Assembly (NCBI GenBank): GCA_013265495.1
Contig: MU058844.1
Coordinates: 6,385,260-6,449,259 of the forward strand
Direction of reading: 5' to 3'
Source of the DNA: Vicugna vicugna
Taxonomy: Eukaryota
DNA: 64,000 nt
Shown: piece by piece, positions 12,730-26,300 of the stretch
How positions within the stretch are numbered: the stretch's first letter is position 1
Layout of the letters: each line of letters opens with the position of its first letter
Program-made: the position numbers and the translations under genes
Notes under the pieces: generated by a model
Told to the model about the DNA's origin: nothing
The model's database searches: none
Seen by the model: only the letters and a program-made list of their open reading frames with translations

Positions 12730-12940
12730 ACCCAGCAGGGTTTGGGTCCAGCTCTACCACCTCTGGCTTTGTTCTGTTGAGAAAAGTGTATAACCATTCT
12801 AAGATTCAGTATCATCTTCTGTAAAATATGTCTAGGAGAAGTACCTATCTCAAAAGATGGGAGTAAATATTAGGGGAGTTAATGAAGTGAAAGCATTTAG
12901 GGGCAGTGCCTGGTCATATTATAGGCACTAAATATTTACT
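12730..12940 (+). mobile_element. MIR SINE relic
   Basis: Degenerate MIR core (ccagctctaccac...cagtatcatcttctgtaaaat...gtacctatctca...aagcatttag...cagtgcctgg). Confidence 0.6.
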
Positions 12941-13468
12941 ATTAACATGATATTTAAAAAATTTTAGATGGGAAATCATTCAATAAAGATTAGGAACATA
13001 GTAAAAATAAATGGTGGTATTAAATGAAAAATCATTTTAAAAACAGAAAATTCAACCATTTAAATTAAGAAAATGAAATATAATTACGGTTACTTAAGAG
13101 CTAGAAAGAGGAGGAGTATCATACATGGAAACAAATCTCCATAAGGATTGTGTGTCCTGAGGTGTGTGTACTGGTTTAAGGTAAGTGCGCTTGCCCCCAA
13201 ACACTGTTCAGTTAGGCTGTAAACACAGGTATTACTTCTAACAAATTTTCCAAGATTTTTGTGACTCAGGAGACTGGGGTCCTATTCCCAGCTCTATTGT
13301 TAACTATCAGTTGGTATAACCCAAAACAAATACAGTTATCTGTTAAGGTCTCAGCTTCTGTTGTTAAAATATTTCCGTTGTAAGCCATGTGTTGAAAAAA
13401 AGACTATATTGAATTTATTTATTAGAAATATAATTCTTATCAATTAAACTATATGGTCTCTAGGAGGC

Positions 13469-13793
13469 TGCTGTGGACTGAATGTGTCCTCTCCAAATTC
13501 GTATGTTGAAACCATAATCCCCCAAGTGACAGTATTTGAGGTGGGGCCTGAGGGAGGTAGTTAGGGTTGTATTTGGTCATGAGAGTGGAGCCCATGTTGA
13601 GATTAATGTTCTTATAAAGGGGTGAAGAGACAAGAGTTCCCTCTCCCTGCCATGGAAGGGTGTGGCAAGAAGAGGGCCCTCACCAAGAACCAACCTCAGA
13701 ATTCAAGTCTCCAGAACTGGAGAGATAAATGGCTGTTGTTCAAGTCCCCCAGTCTACTGGATTCTGTTAGCGCAGCCCGAGCAGACTGGAGCA
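13469..13793 (+). mobile_element. MaLR solo LTR (MLT1A/B-like)
   Basis: Starts tgctgtggactgaatgtgtcc...aaattcgtatgttgaa and ends gcagcccgagcagactggagca. TG...CA termini, with a near-identical 5-bp TSD gaggc/gaggt. Confidence 0.85.
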
Positions 13794-15999
13794 GAGGTCT
13801 TCTGATCCTTGGATTCTAATAGACTCCAAGTAAATAATACGAGAAATTCTAGCTTTTCCCAGCCACTGCTAGACTTAAAGGACTTAGCGCAGTGCTTCTG
13901 AAAGCCTCGTGGCACTCATTCCCTGGGAAAGAATAGCTTGCTCAGGATGTCGCTGTCTGTATCAATATCCTTGTGAGGAAAAGAATTCTGCCGATGCATG
14001 TGCTTGGAAGCAGCTTCACTCAGATTGAAGCATCAGCATATGTGAAATCAGCTCTCAACAGACTCTGAAAGGCTAATGCCTCTGTAGGTCATTCAGTTTT
14101 CTCCCACTGGACACACAAGTTTTAAGTGCACTCAATAGTCCAGAACTTTGGGATAGGCAACTTTATTGTTATCATTTCATATCTGAATCAAAGTAATATT
14201 TTGCCTAATCATGTCTATTTTTATTTTGAAATTACCCAGTAACTGTTGGTAATAATGTTATCTGAAAATATTTTTCCTATTTTTGAAAACCATCACATAG
14301 CAGTTTTCCACCTAGAGACCACATACAACCTATGATCTGTAGACTGGACTGGTCTCAGGGTACTTTATCCGATCCTACTTTCCCATCACATTTCCCACTA
14401 ACAACCTGTCTCTCTCACCAGGCTCTCTCAGTCCCTGGATTGTCCTACTTTCCATTCCCTGGACATGTTGCTGCTATCTATCTCCAGGTACTTACTCAGA
14501 CTGTATATTTTGCCTAAAATGCTTTCCTCAACAGCAATTCATCCTTCAAGATCAGTTAAATAGAATATGAAAACACCCCTTTCCTATCTATTTGTATTTG
14601 AAACGAATCCTTCCCATGGCCCATTTTCTATCCCCTTTAGGATGCTAAAGTAAAAGTTCTGTATAGTGTTGTTTATTGGATCTAGGTTAATACTGATCTT
14701 TTAAAATTAATTTATATTTATGGAGATGATAAACAAGATTTTGTTAATTTTAAAAACTGAATAAAGAAAGAAATCAAATCAAGGGATGGATATCCTTTTC
14801 TTTGTCTCCCTAAAGAGACAGGGGCCAGTATTTCCTTTGAAGGGGAGGACATGGGAGGAGAACTGAAAGGACAGGAGAATGGGAGCCAGTCTAGCCAATT
14901 ACTTGGCATCTCCTTTGGGACTTGGTAGTTGAAACAGTTCATGGTCTCTTTTGGAGTATAGAACACTACCTACAGAATTGTTGTGTAGACATTTCATCTT
15001 GTTTTTTAGAAATATGCTTTTCACTTGTCCATGTGAAAAAATGAAGGTAACATGCTATTAGAAGTGTATGCCTTTTACATTTCCAAAGTATTGTGCACAC
15101 ACTTCCGATGGAGGAGGCTCGATAGCTATGTATCTGAAGCATTCTACTTCCATTTCAAGGCAAATCAAGAGAAGTTGGTTTTCAGGATCTTTTAAAAATA
15201 TTTTTTCATCATTTCATGGAAATACTTCCTAGATGAAGTATGTAGAATTGATCCAAGTTTTGATTTAATTTTGGAAGATTAGTCTGGAAAGATTTTCTGT
15301 GTCAAGTCACCAATTATTGAGTGCTTGTGAGACACAAAGAACTAGCAAGTGGCTTCTCATGTTCTTCATCATTTGAGCTCTAGAAGGCTCTGAGTTACAA
15401 TTTTAATTTACTAGTAAGCAAACAGGCTCATAGAGTTTGCTACTTGTCCACGGCAGAGTGAGGATTAGAACACAGGACAGTTAGGTTACAAAAACCATGT
15501 TCTTTGCACTTTCTTCCGCATGTATCATATCAAAATACATACTGAACAGAACAAAACTGCTGTGCTGATTTCCTACTTTGTTCTATGTATTATATTATAT
15601 TTAGTTATTCTAAGCATTGGTTTCAGTTTGAAGTTAATAAAAAGTCCATGGTTAGACCTGAATGATCCAGAGAGAGATGAGAAACAGACCCACTCTTACC
15701 ATGTCTTCTTGTAATTTTCTGTTGATACATGAACTCTGGGAGAGAAATCTTGAATCCAATAATTGTGGGAAGAAACCTCATATCCATATCAAAGAGCAAG
15801 GCTGTAATGTTAGGATTTGTTTATTTGACTTGGATTGTGTATAGTTAAATACGATTAATTGTTATACACTTACAGATATCCAATCAGAAATCATATTTTT
15901 ATACCTTTTAATTTTTTCTCCAAGACAGGTAATTTTAGAGGCTATTAGAGCTGAAGTTTTCTCCCGTAAGATAATGCTCTTATAATTCCATTTGATAAA

Positions 16000-16133
16000 A
16001 AATGTATTGGATATGTTGGGTTAAATAAAATATATTAACTTTATCAGTTCCTTTTTACATTAGTAATGTGGCTACTAGAAAATTTAAAATTACATATTTG
16101 GCTTACATACTTCTATTGTACAATGCTGCTCTA
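16000..16133. mobile_element. hAT-Charlie MITE fragment (MER3/MER33-like)
   Basis: ggatatgttgggttaaataaaatatatt...aatgtggctactagaaaatttaaaattacatat...ctattgtacaatgctgctctaga. Confidence 0.65.
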
Positions 16134-17509
16134 GACCAATTCTATAAAATTTAAGAAACAAGTTTGAAAGTTCCCATTTTAGCCTTTGCAGGAGAAAATT
16201 ACTTTTCAGAAATTCTAATGATATACTTAAGAAAAAAAAAAGTTTTACACTTACTCACCTGGTTGCCACTGGCAGGTGCATTCAGACCTCTGTGAGGAAA
16301 GCATGGACTTGAAGTGGCTTCTCATCTTTGCTCTTGTGAAGTAAAAGTGGTTAAAACAAGACCTGCTAAAATGTAGGGATGCTATGAGGTTACACTCAGT
16401 CATAATAAAAATAAGCCTTGAAATAAAAGGAAGACTTTACCTGTGGTAATGTTAATTCAGTGGCTTCACTTTTCTCTAAAACGTCATAGAAAGGATCTGT
16501 CTTTCTGTAGCACCTTGGTTAGTTGTTCTCCAAAAGCAAAGATGACAGCCAAGCACCAGAGAAGCCCTCATTCTAACCTCCTTGTGCGAAAGCTGACGTT
16601 ACCAATGGTGATGCTGCTTCCTGCATCCTTCCTTACTGAGCTCCAGAGTCCTCACGACCTCCTCCTACAGGTGGCCATTCCAGAGCTACTAGAGAGGGAT
16701 CTTGCCCTTTAGTGCTGGCAGAGATATAAGTTATGAATGAAACGTTACTCGAAAAGTTTCAGTTTAATTTTTGACTTGAATAAAACTCTGGATCCTAGAA
16801 TCAGTACATGAACTGCATATTTGGAGGGAAGGAAGGACGGGGGGCAGGCTATTATTGCATAAAGCATTTGTTAGAAACACACTACATTTGTTGTTTTCAA
16901 ATGCAGTATATTCATTTTTGCAACTGTTGTTGGCTTTTAGGTTTTAGGTCTTAGATTAAAACTGGACTTACACTAGGATGCCAAATATAATATGGCTTCC
17001 ATTAAGAGACCCCACCTATGTCACAGTTGAAATAATGCCATTTGAAAAATTAACAGCTATACATATATAAAACCTGACATAATATAGACTACATGGGTGC
17101 TAATTCTACTTCTTACCACCAGTAACACAAAAGACTTCTTGACTTTATAAGATGGTCTGTTAATAAAACCAAATACACACACATATACACTATATGAGAG
17201 TTAAATTTAATTAATGCAGAGTTATATGCAATTGTCATCTTGAAGTCTAAAACCACAGAGGAGGGTTTTCTTTCCTTTTATTTAATAATATTCACTATGT
17301 TTGCATGTGCCTAGTAGTTAACATTTTGGACAGCATAGGTCTGAATTATACTTATCTGCTGGAAAGAGGTTTTCTCTGAATCTCACAAACATAATGACAA
17401 AAAGCAGCTTCATTTCAGTATCATGGTAGGTAACAGATTTCCTTCCATACTGAAATAGACAGTAAAATTACATCTCCTTTTAGTGATTAGTTACAAATTA
17501 GTTTTTTTT

Positions 17510-17661
17510 GGGGGGGTACAGCTCAGTGGTACAGTGCATGCCTAGCATGCACGAAGTCCTAAATTCAACCCCCAGTACGTTTTTAAAAAATACATAAATA
17601 AACAAACCAACCAAAAGTTAGACTGAGGTTGGTAAAAGGTACTCAATAAAATTACTTCAAA
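17510..17661 (+). mobile_element. tRNA-Ala(AGC)-derived SINE (camelid Vic-1-like)
   Basis: Head GGGGGGGTACAGCTCAGTGGTACAGTGCATGCCTAGCATGCACGAAGTCCT...CCCCAGTAC with A box and a degenerate B box, then an A-rich tail. TSD AAATTAGTTTT at 17495-17505 and 17662-17672. Confidence 0.8.
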
Positions 17662-19874
17662 AAATTAGTTTTGACAACCGATATTCTACAGAAAGCTTAA
17701 GGGTCTTCTTCCCCTATTAAATCATATTCACTAGATAACTCACTTGCCCTTAGTACAGTCATGAAAATCATAAATCCTGGCCTCTAAATATGATGGAAAT
17801 TGCATTTGGTACTAAACATGAGAGTGCTGTACCACCAACTAATGTATGAGCACAGTAAGACATTAGGATGTGGAGTGCTTCCCACAGCATCTAATAGGAT
17901 CTCTTATAATGCACTATGTGCACAGAGATGTTGGCAGACTGGCCCTTGGGAGGGTGATATCTCCATAAAGCAATATAGTTAACTCTGAAATCAAGACAGT
18001 CTAGAATCTCCAAACATCCTATCAGCCTTTTTGTGATCAGTCATTCATTTGCCATTCCTACTATAAGTGACTGGTGATGACTGTTTGTGATAGCGGGGAA
18101 GGCAGTCAGGTAGGAAGGTGAGAATTGAACTAGGAAAGGGTTGGGCATAGGACAGAGGGTGCAGGAAAGAACAAAATGCCATTCTGAGTTGTGCATTCGA
18201 ACAGTAGTGTTGCCTGGGTCAATGTCAAATGCAAAATTCCGTCAACTAAGTGACAATACAAGCTCAAATTTTTAACATTCCAAATCTGAAAGACAAATCG
18301 TTGCCTTAATGTCTTATCAAAGAAATGAGAGAAAGAATATCTCGTTTTGATTTCTTTTCAGGTTTTATTCAATTTTTAAAATTAAGAAATGTCAATTAAA
18401 ATTTAAAATGTGTTTAATTTTAAAAATGTACCTTTTCTATCTTCATAAACACAAATGAGCTAATGTCAAAATGGTTAATTTTGAACTTTGAAAAATTTTT
18501 TAAAACACCATTTTAAGGCTGGACACAATAAACAACACTACAAAGAACTGTCAATTTAACTCCGTAATTAGGAAACTATTTTATTGACATATGTATCAAT
18601 CGTCACCTACAAATTTAAGGAGCATCAACATCCATCATTGCCCTAAAAATTAATATTATGGAACAATTACACAGATCACACAATAAGGAAACTATAGGTT
18701 AAATTACTTTAGGCTTTAAAACAATTTAATCATTAAGGATCTCACTTCTCATACCAGCCTTTCCACTTCATTGATTTGCACATATGAACCATAAATCCTC
18801 ATCAGTATCAGCTTTAATGCGGTTTTCTCCTGCAGGGTTCACAATAAGCTGAGATAAAATATTTTCCATCATTACATTATGTTGGTTTGTGGATGCTGTT
18901 AGTAAGAGGATGACATTAAAGCATGTTCATAAAGTAACTTGCATATGGAACTTACTTTCCAAAGCTTCAATTTCTAGGCCACAGCATATGAATCTTTGTT
19001 TCCTTTACTGATTGACAGCTCAAGGCCTGTTACCATTTCCATCTCAATCAAGTTAAAAGAGATTTAGAGGTTTGAAATGCAATAGAGCTGCACAAGTAGG
19101 TGGGGGACGAAGACTGAATAAATGCATCTCTTAATCTGCCTAGTCAGTTTTAAATGAAGTATTTCAATAGAGTGTGAAAAACTAAACTAAACTAAACTAA
19201 AAAGTTCACTGGATCCTATTACACAGCAACACACCAGAAAGTCACTGGAGAACTTAGCTTTGTGAAAAATAGCTCCAGACCAAGGAGGGTCAAAGATCCT
19301 AAACAGCATTAAAGGTAAATGCAGCATTTTATGTACTAAGATAACAGAGACTATTTACCACACAGTAGTGAGAGTTTAACAAAATTCGTCTGTAATTTTA
19401 GAAAATATATTATTACAAAATATAAGGCTAGGCTTTGAAAAGTGGAAAGGATTTTTTAAATGACAATTATTTAAGGCACCTTTAAAAATTAAAATGTTTG
19501 AGTCAGAAGAATGTTAATGAATCAGAAGGAGCATCTACCCTTCATAAGAATGAAACATAAGAATGAAACATTACAGATAAAATATACAATTTATTAAATT
19601 GATAAACATTTAAGTTTGTATTTCATTTAAATTTAAACAGAATGTGTATTTTCTGAACACAACTCTAATCTATTTAAGATGACTTAAAGTAAAAAGAAAG
19701 TAAATGCTATTTTCATTATCTGTTCTTATCACTTTTTATATGTCAATTTACCCTTAAAATATCCAATTATAAAAATCAGATCAAATAAAACTTATTAATA
19801 TATTAAGGATTCACTAATACCATAAACAGTCCAATAAAATACAGTTGTATCCTTTTATATGTATGGTATTACAA

Positions 19875-19880
19875 TTTATT
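19875..19880 (-). terminator. LRRIQ1: Candidate polyadenylation signal AATAAA for the distal LRRIQ1 3' end
   Basis: tttatt on plus, about 315 nt past the stop codon of the distal exon. Confidence 0.45.
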
Positions 19881-20192
19881 CTTGGTAACAAAAACCATCT
19901 TTAGGACACATGTCATACAAATTTTAAACAAAGGAAGAAATTGGATATGCAAATTCCATTACAATATTTCAAGAATTAATTTCTGGGAGCCATTCCACAT
20001 GAACACAGGAACAACAGCAAAACTGTATGTTACAGATGGAAACCAAGATAAACAAAATTGGGAAATATGTATAATGATACAAATTAAATACAGTACTCTA
20101 AAACCTTGTATCCAATTGGTAACATAACCAGATATCCACAGATTTCTTGAAAAGAAACCATTTGCCATTTGTTTTGAATGCTGAAGCTTGAA

Positions 20193-20335
20193 CTAGTTGG
20201 AAGTTTTCTCCTTCTTTTTGCCACTTCCCCATCCACCACTGAGTTGTACAGGATTGTCACGGAATGATATACGCTCTTTCTTAGAAGGTCTTGTATTTGT
20301 TATCATTGGTGCAAGTATTCCCTTAACTGAACAAC
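20193..20335 (-). CDS. LRRIQ1: Putative distal terminal coding exon of LRRIQ1 (alternative C-terminus)
   Basis: Acceptor ...atcactgtAG at 20337-20336. Phase-1 reading (S)CSVKGILAPMITNTRPSKKERISFRDNPVQLSGGWGSGKKKEKTSN* ends at TAG 20195-20193. In frame with the GTAAGT donor at 41063. AATAAA lies downstream at 19880-19875 and 19595-19590. Confidence 0.75.
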
Positions 20336-23300
20336 CTACAGTGATATTAAATGTACACTTTCATGTCATTTGATCCAAGTAAAATTATATTTAAAAGTAA
20401 GAAATATATTTGTCAATCACATGCATTTTAGGACTACATGATCTTTGAGTTTTAAAAAAGTATATGGAGTTTCCTTTTTGTTGGCAAAGTAATATCATCA
20501 AAGTTTAGTGAAAATTATATTTAGAAATAGACTAAAAAAAATTAGATAGACATAACAGTTTCCTTTTATGTACAATTCAAATGTCCCCAGTATTTTAAGA
20601 CTATGAGATACGTCTTCTTAGTGTCTAGATATTTAATTTGTTTATGTTTTCATGGTATAAATTTTTATAATTGTTTCTATTTCATAAATAATGAATATAT
20701 TAAAATTAGATTTAGAAATAGTCCTATTGAATTAAAAGACTTTTCCAGGAAAAAAGAGTTCTTGGTAAAATGGAAAGCATTTTAGATATAGAGTCTAAAG
20801 ATATTCATGGGTCCTAGTGTGGCTGTATAAAACACAGCTTTGTACTGGACACGTCACAGCCTTTCTGAGCCTTAGTGTCATAACTGAGAGAAATAATCAT
20901 TACTGGGTTGTTGTGAAGATGAACTTCCTGATTATATTGCAATGGTGGTTAGACCCATGAGAGTGCTTTGTAAACAGGTGCTATAAAATGGGAGAAATTA
21001 TTTATATTCAACAAGTTAGAACTTACCCAGGAAAAAGTAACAAAAATTGTTAGAGCTTAAAAGCAAATACTATGTTTAAGACTGGGATAGTGGATTAGGA
21101 ATTTACTCGGCAAGACCACAAAATGCCATATCAAGAATACTATTAAAGAATTATGATCATTTGTTTTAAATCTCCTGAGGATTAAGCAAGTGCACAGGGC
21201 TGTATCTGTGGGGACATGGTTTGAAAAGCAGCAGAGTGAGGCATTCCAGAGCTTCCTCAGAATTGGTTTGAGGCAGACTCAAATCACGTGACACGTCATT
21301 GCGATGCTTTTGTCTTTAAAATAAATGTACGGGGGAAAATATCAAATTTTTTTGAAATTAATACTTTTGCAACTAAAATTTAAAATACTTCAAAAACGTG
21401 TCCAAATAAAAAGGTTAGGAAACATCAGACTGTGGAAATTAGTCTGTAATTTCAAATTTGGTGCAACATAATGGTGAAAATTGATTGTAAAAGTCTATCT
21501 TATATTTAAAAGCTCTTTTAAAACAGAGTATTGCTTTTTGGTTTTTAATCTTAAAACTGACATTAGGAAAACAAATTCAAAGGACTTAATAAACATCTAT
21601 AAAGGGAGCATATTTTACTTTTAGTGCATAAAGAAAATGTTACTAAAAGGCAGCAAAAAAACATTAAAAGCTATTGTTGTAGGAAACAGTATTCTAGGCA
21701 CAGAGAGGCTGATGTCTTTGGCTATAGGCACAAGTCAGTGACAGAGGCAGAGGCAGAGGCAGAACAGAGAGCAGTTTAGAGACCTTCACAGCTGGTATTC
21801 ATGAAGGCCATCTAGGCAGAGAGACAAACAAGAGAGATGCCAAGTGAAGCTGGCTTCTCAGCCCTGGCCAGATTTAGCCTGCGTTAAACCACCCTTGGCC
21901 AGTCAGTCAGTGTCCTTTGTGAAACTGTAAGAATCTTTCAAGCAACAGGAATATTACTACTTCATAAAAGCTCGGATTTCCTAATGGTAAAATAGTGGCT
22001 TAAAAAATGTAAGAAAGCATCTTCAAAGTGTATCCTCTTTTTACTTACTAGTTACATATTGGAAACATTTTTTTTTAACCAAATAATAGAATGGAATGTC
22101 TACTTTGGTCCATTTAAAAAACAATAACAGTAATAGCAAACCCACGCCTTTCCCTGGCAGTAAAAACTCTTTGATAAAGTATTTCCTGGATAACAAATAG
22201 CTCCTAACAAGAACACATTATTTAGGGAGAATGCTGGGGCTCGGTGGGCAGCAGGGCAGGGAGGAATGAGAAATGAAGAGCTATGGGGACACATTTAGAA
22301 CTCAGGTGTATTTATTTACCTGCATACAAAATACAGATTAATAAAAGAGTATATGGATTTTCACAAACGGTTAACACAAATGTTTCGTTCCAACAGAGAA
22401 AGCTAAATCAGTTCTTTGCAAAGTTCAAAGTAGTAAACAGAAATAAGTATGTATTTTAAAATATAATTCGATAACATGGTTAATCATTGGTTAATAGTTT
22501 TGATGGAACTTTCTTAATAGTATAAAGATGCATTTTTAATGTCTTTATTCTTAATACAACCTTTTGATCAAAGATGGCAAATAATATGTAAGAAAGGCAG
22601 CACTGTCTCTACAAAGTATTGAAATATTTAAAGATAATTTCATATTCTTCTAAAATAATTATTTCAAAATTAAATAAAGTGAATTGCATTAAAAGATGCC
22701 TTTCTGTGGACCAAATCCTCATTCTTAACAGTATTTCTGCATTCTAAAGGATTTTTCTATTGACTACCAATTTACCGTACGGTACATTTTTTTCCCCTAA
22801 TACTGTTCTGTTGTCTTTGTTATTTTGAAGCTGCTGATGAATTTTCAAGTCTTTTGGTACTTAGCCACAATGTAACCCTATATTTAAAAGGCAGCTTGTA
22901 AATTTTTCATTGTGTAGTGTAACTCCTTCAGCAAATAATTATAACAAAAAACATGTTGTGTGATATTGCAAGACAGCTTTACAGCAACCTGAAGTATATT
23001 TTCAGTGGAATGAAAATGCTATAGGAAATTAGTCTTTAAAATTACATAAAGACTTATGTGAATATAGTTTTTTAGAAAACAGTATTTTAGATGTGATTAA
23101 AAGCTTGCATGTTATTGTTTTGCTATGTGCAAATAAATGGTTTGAGAAGTAGTCAATATAGCTTAATCTCTCATTGCATTTAGTGACAGTCCTTATCATA
23201 TAAATTCTTGAACCACCATATGTATAGAAAATAAATTGAGTGCTAAAGCAACACATCTACGAAGGAACCGCATATTGGCATTCATTGCAAAGCTATTACT

Positions 23301-26300
23301 TTGTCCTATGATTACTCTAGAAATGAAAAAAAGAAAATAAAGAAACAATTTAATGCAGTCAATGTATAATCATTCTGAAATTACTTACCCACGTGAAAAT
23401 ACAATAGTGAGAGAATCTTGCCTCAAAAAATTGGTATTAGAGCTAGACCTACTGATGGGCTCCTGGAATAAAAAAATTATAACTAGGACCTTTGCCAGTT
23501 CTTTCCTCTCTCCTGCAACATTATTGTTACAGATTTTACATTTTTTTAAAACAACAGTCTGCTGCATATTTGCAGGTGACCATACAAATCAACCAATCAG
23601 TCTCTTACATAGATGCTGAAAGTATGTCTTGATAAGTATGCTCTATCTTTCAATAAGTCCCTTCTTTGTCACATAATCTGCGTTCTGCTAGAGATTTGTT
23701 CTGGTCCTTTAAAATTTTGGAGGGTTAAATCCTTAGTTCTTTAACAAATGCCAAGGTCTATATATGCCGTGTTTTTATAAGTAATTTAATATGTAAAATG
23801 CTTTGAATGACGCTCCTGGTATGTATAGGAAAAACTTCCTTAAACAGGTTAAAATAGAAATTTCATGATGTATAGTAAGTAATACGTCATTGGATTTTCA
23901 TCGATATACCCAACACTATGTGTCTGGATATAGAAATCATTTCAAAGTCCTTCCCATATTGTATTGCTTAACAGCAGATACAGCAGAAGTAAAGCATGGA
24001 GAAAAAAAGATTCAACATTTTAATGAAAGTGACCAGAACAAATTGTTAGCAGCAAAGCATTTACATCAGGGTAAGTGCTGTGAGTGAGTTATAGTGGGCA
24101 TGTTGGAGGCTGAGGGAGGTATTACAGTGTTCAAGTGGCAGTTGCTTTTTAAGGCTATTGCTACGTCCAACCTTGAATTATAATGATCATTTACAGGTAG
24201 ATAAAGTCTAGCACTAAGAATGAAAATAAAACAAATAAACAGGTTGTTTATTTGATATTATATTCAGATTGCCTCAATGTAACATGGTGATTTTGCTTGT
24301 TTTCGAAAATAGTTTTTAAGCTTTATCAGTGAGTAAAACTTTTTTCTTAACTTATAAAAAGGTTAATAAAATTTCCCTATTTCTCAAAATCCCAATTGAA
24401 CAATGACATTTAAAGTTATTCTTCTTGCCCAATATTTAGAGACATATAAATAAGAAAACCAGTTAGGTTTGATACATTTGATAGTCACAGAAATAGCCAT
24501 AGAATTTGTTATTGTTGCTAATAATCATGATGCCTGTTGTTTCTTTTAACATGTATGACACATACAACTTGCTTTGTCCATGTACATTTACTTTGAAGAA
24601 ACAATTTCTAATGAGCATAAAAGCTAAAACATATCCTATAGGGTGGGGTGTCTTATTTTGATATATAATATGGATTTTTACTTTCGTGTTTTACCCATTT
24701 CTTGATCTTTTATAATAGCTACCGTTCATGTTTGATCTAGAATCTTTGAGGCCTCCCGATAGTATGCACTATTTCACAGGTTTTATTATTTTTAACACAC
24801 TACTGTGTTGTTTTCTTCTTAAAAATACTTGGTGGCTGTGTCTGCACCGACATGGATGACTAGAATATGGTGCCAAAAGTACCGTCTTGCTTCTTTAAAT
24901 TCTGTAATTTTTATACTAATATTGTTCAACATTTTTTTTTCTGGAGGAAAATTTTTTGAGTGATTTATTTTGGGTTGTAAAATCTCAATAGGTTTTGTGA
25001 TTTTTTTTTTTTCAGACTTAGATTTGCCTTCTGTCACATGGCCCTTAAATTAACTAAAACTCTTCTTTCCTGGCTTTTCTGGCTTCCTACCACACTAGTA
25101 GATACTTATTGAGTATTTAAACTCCTAAAGTGACTAGGTAATAAAAATGTAAATCAATAAGAATTAATAAAATTTAAAAAGAATGAAATTTAATAATCTA
25201 TAAGTTATCTAGGCGTCTGTTTTCTGCTGTATAAAGCTGGTTCTTAAAATCAGGTCATATGTCCTATTATTCCTGTCAGTTCAGAAAAGGTCTTGTTCCC
25301 AAATTCTCCAGTCTTTTTTTTTTCTTATATTCTCCTCAGGACTGTATTCAATTTAATTATACTTACAAGTAAGTGTCCATAAATATTTGTAATAAAGAGT
25401 GATGGCATAAATTATGCTAATAATTGAGAGTATTTTTTACCCCTAATTGATAATGCATATTCCTTTTAAACAACACAGTTTTATATATAAAACACTATTT
25501 TCATTTTTAATAATCTTGTCTTACCCCTCATTTTCCCATGTTAATTAATTTTGCCAAAGTAAACGTTTAGCAAAATATGCATTTTAAGTAAATTCCCTAA
25601 TGTTTATCACTGAGCAGTGATAAAGAGTACTTTGGAATTTAAACATTTAAAACCCAAATTAGATTTTCAAGTTCACTTGGAGTCTTTGAAAGCTTTCATT
25701 TAAACTCTTCTTTTTATTTCCACACTTGTTCAACATGTATTTATTTAGTGCCTATTATGTAGTTGGCGCTCTTCTGCTCTCCCTTTCAATGAAGCTTCCT
25801 TGTCAGTTCTTCCATGTGCCAAATAATATTAGTAACCATCATACTGCAGTTGCTTTCCATTTCACTCTATTCTCATAATTCCATCTTCACAATTCTCATA
25901 TGGAACTTGTATAAAACAAATACTTATTTCCACATTCCCAGATAGTGAAGACTTGTGGATAGGTTTCCCAAAAACTTTTCATGGAAACTTTCATTATCCC
26001 TTTTCATGCTTATTAGTTCTTAGCAGGGAGACATTTGGCAACAATAAACATGAGTCGCCTGAGGATTTATTGTATTATTGCACTTGAGTTTCATTCATTT
26101 GACAAATGCATTTCACATTTGACCATACCCGCTTATTTTCGCACCACATTAGCTAGTGTAAGAAATCAGTTTGAAAGTGACAATAACCTCCCCCTCCAAA
26201 AAAAAAGCCAAAGTAAAACAGTTTACTTAAAGAAAATGATCATGAAGGAAAGGGTTGTAAGAACTAACATATTCCAGTCAGAAACACGATGCTTTAATCC

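Noticed and set aside
17511..17578. Possible tRNA-Ala gene
   Set aside because: T-arm/B box is degenerate, and it has an A-rich tail and TSD, so it is a SINE rather than a functional tRNA.
22773..22784. 12-bp palindrome TACCGTACGGTA
   Set aside because: Palindromes of this length are expected several times by chance in 64 kb.
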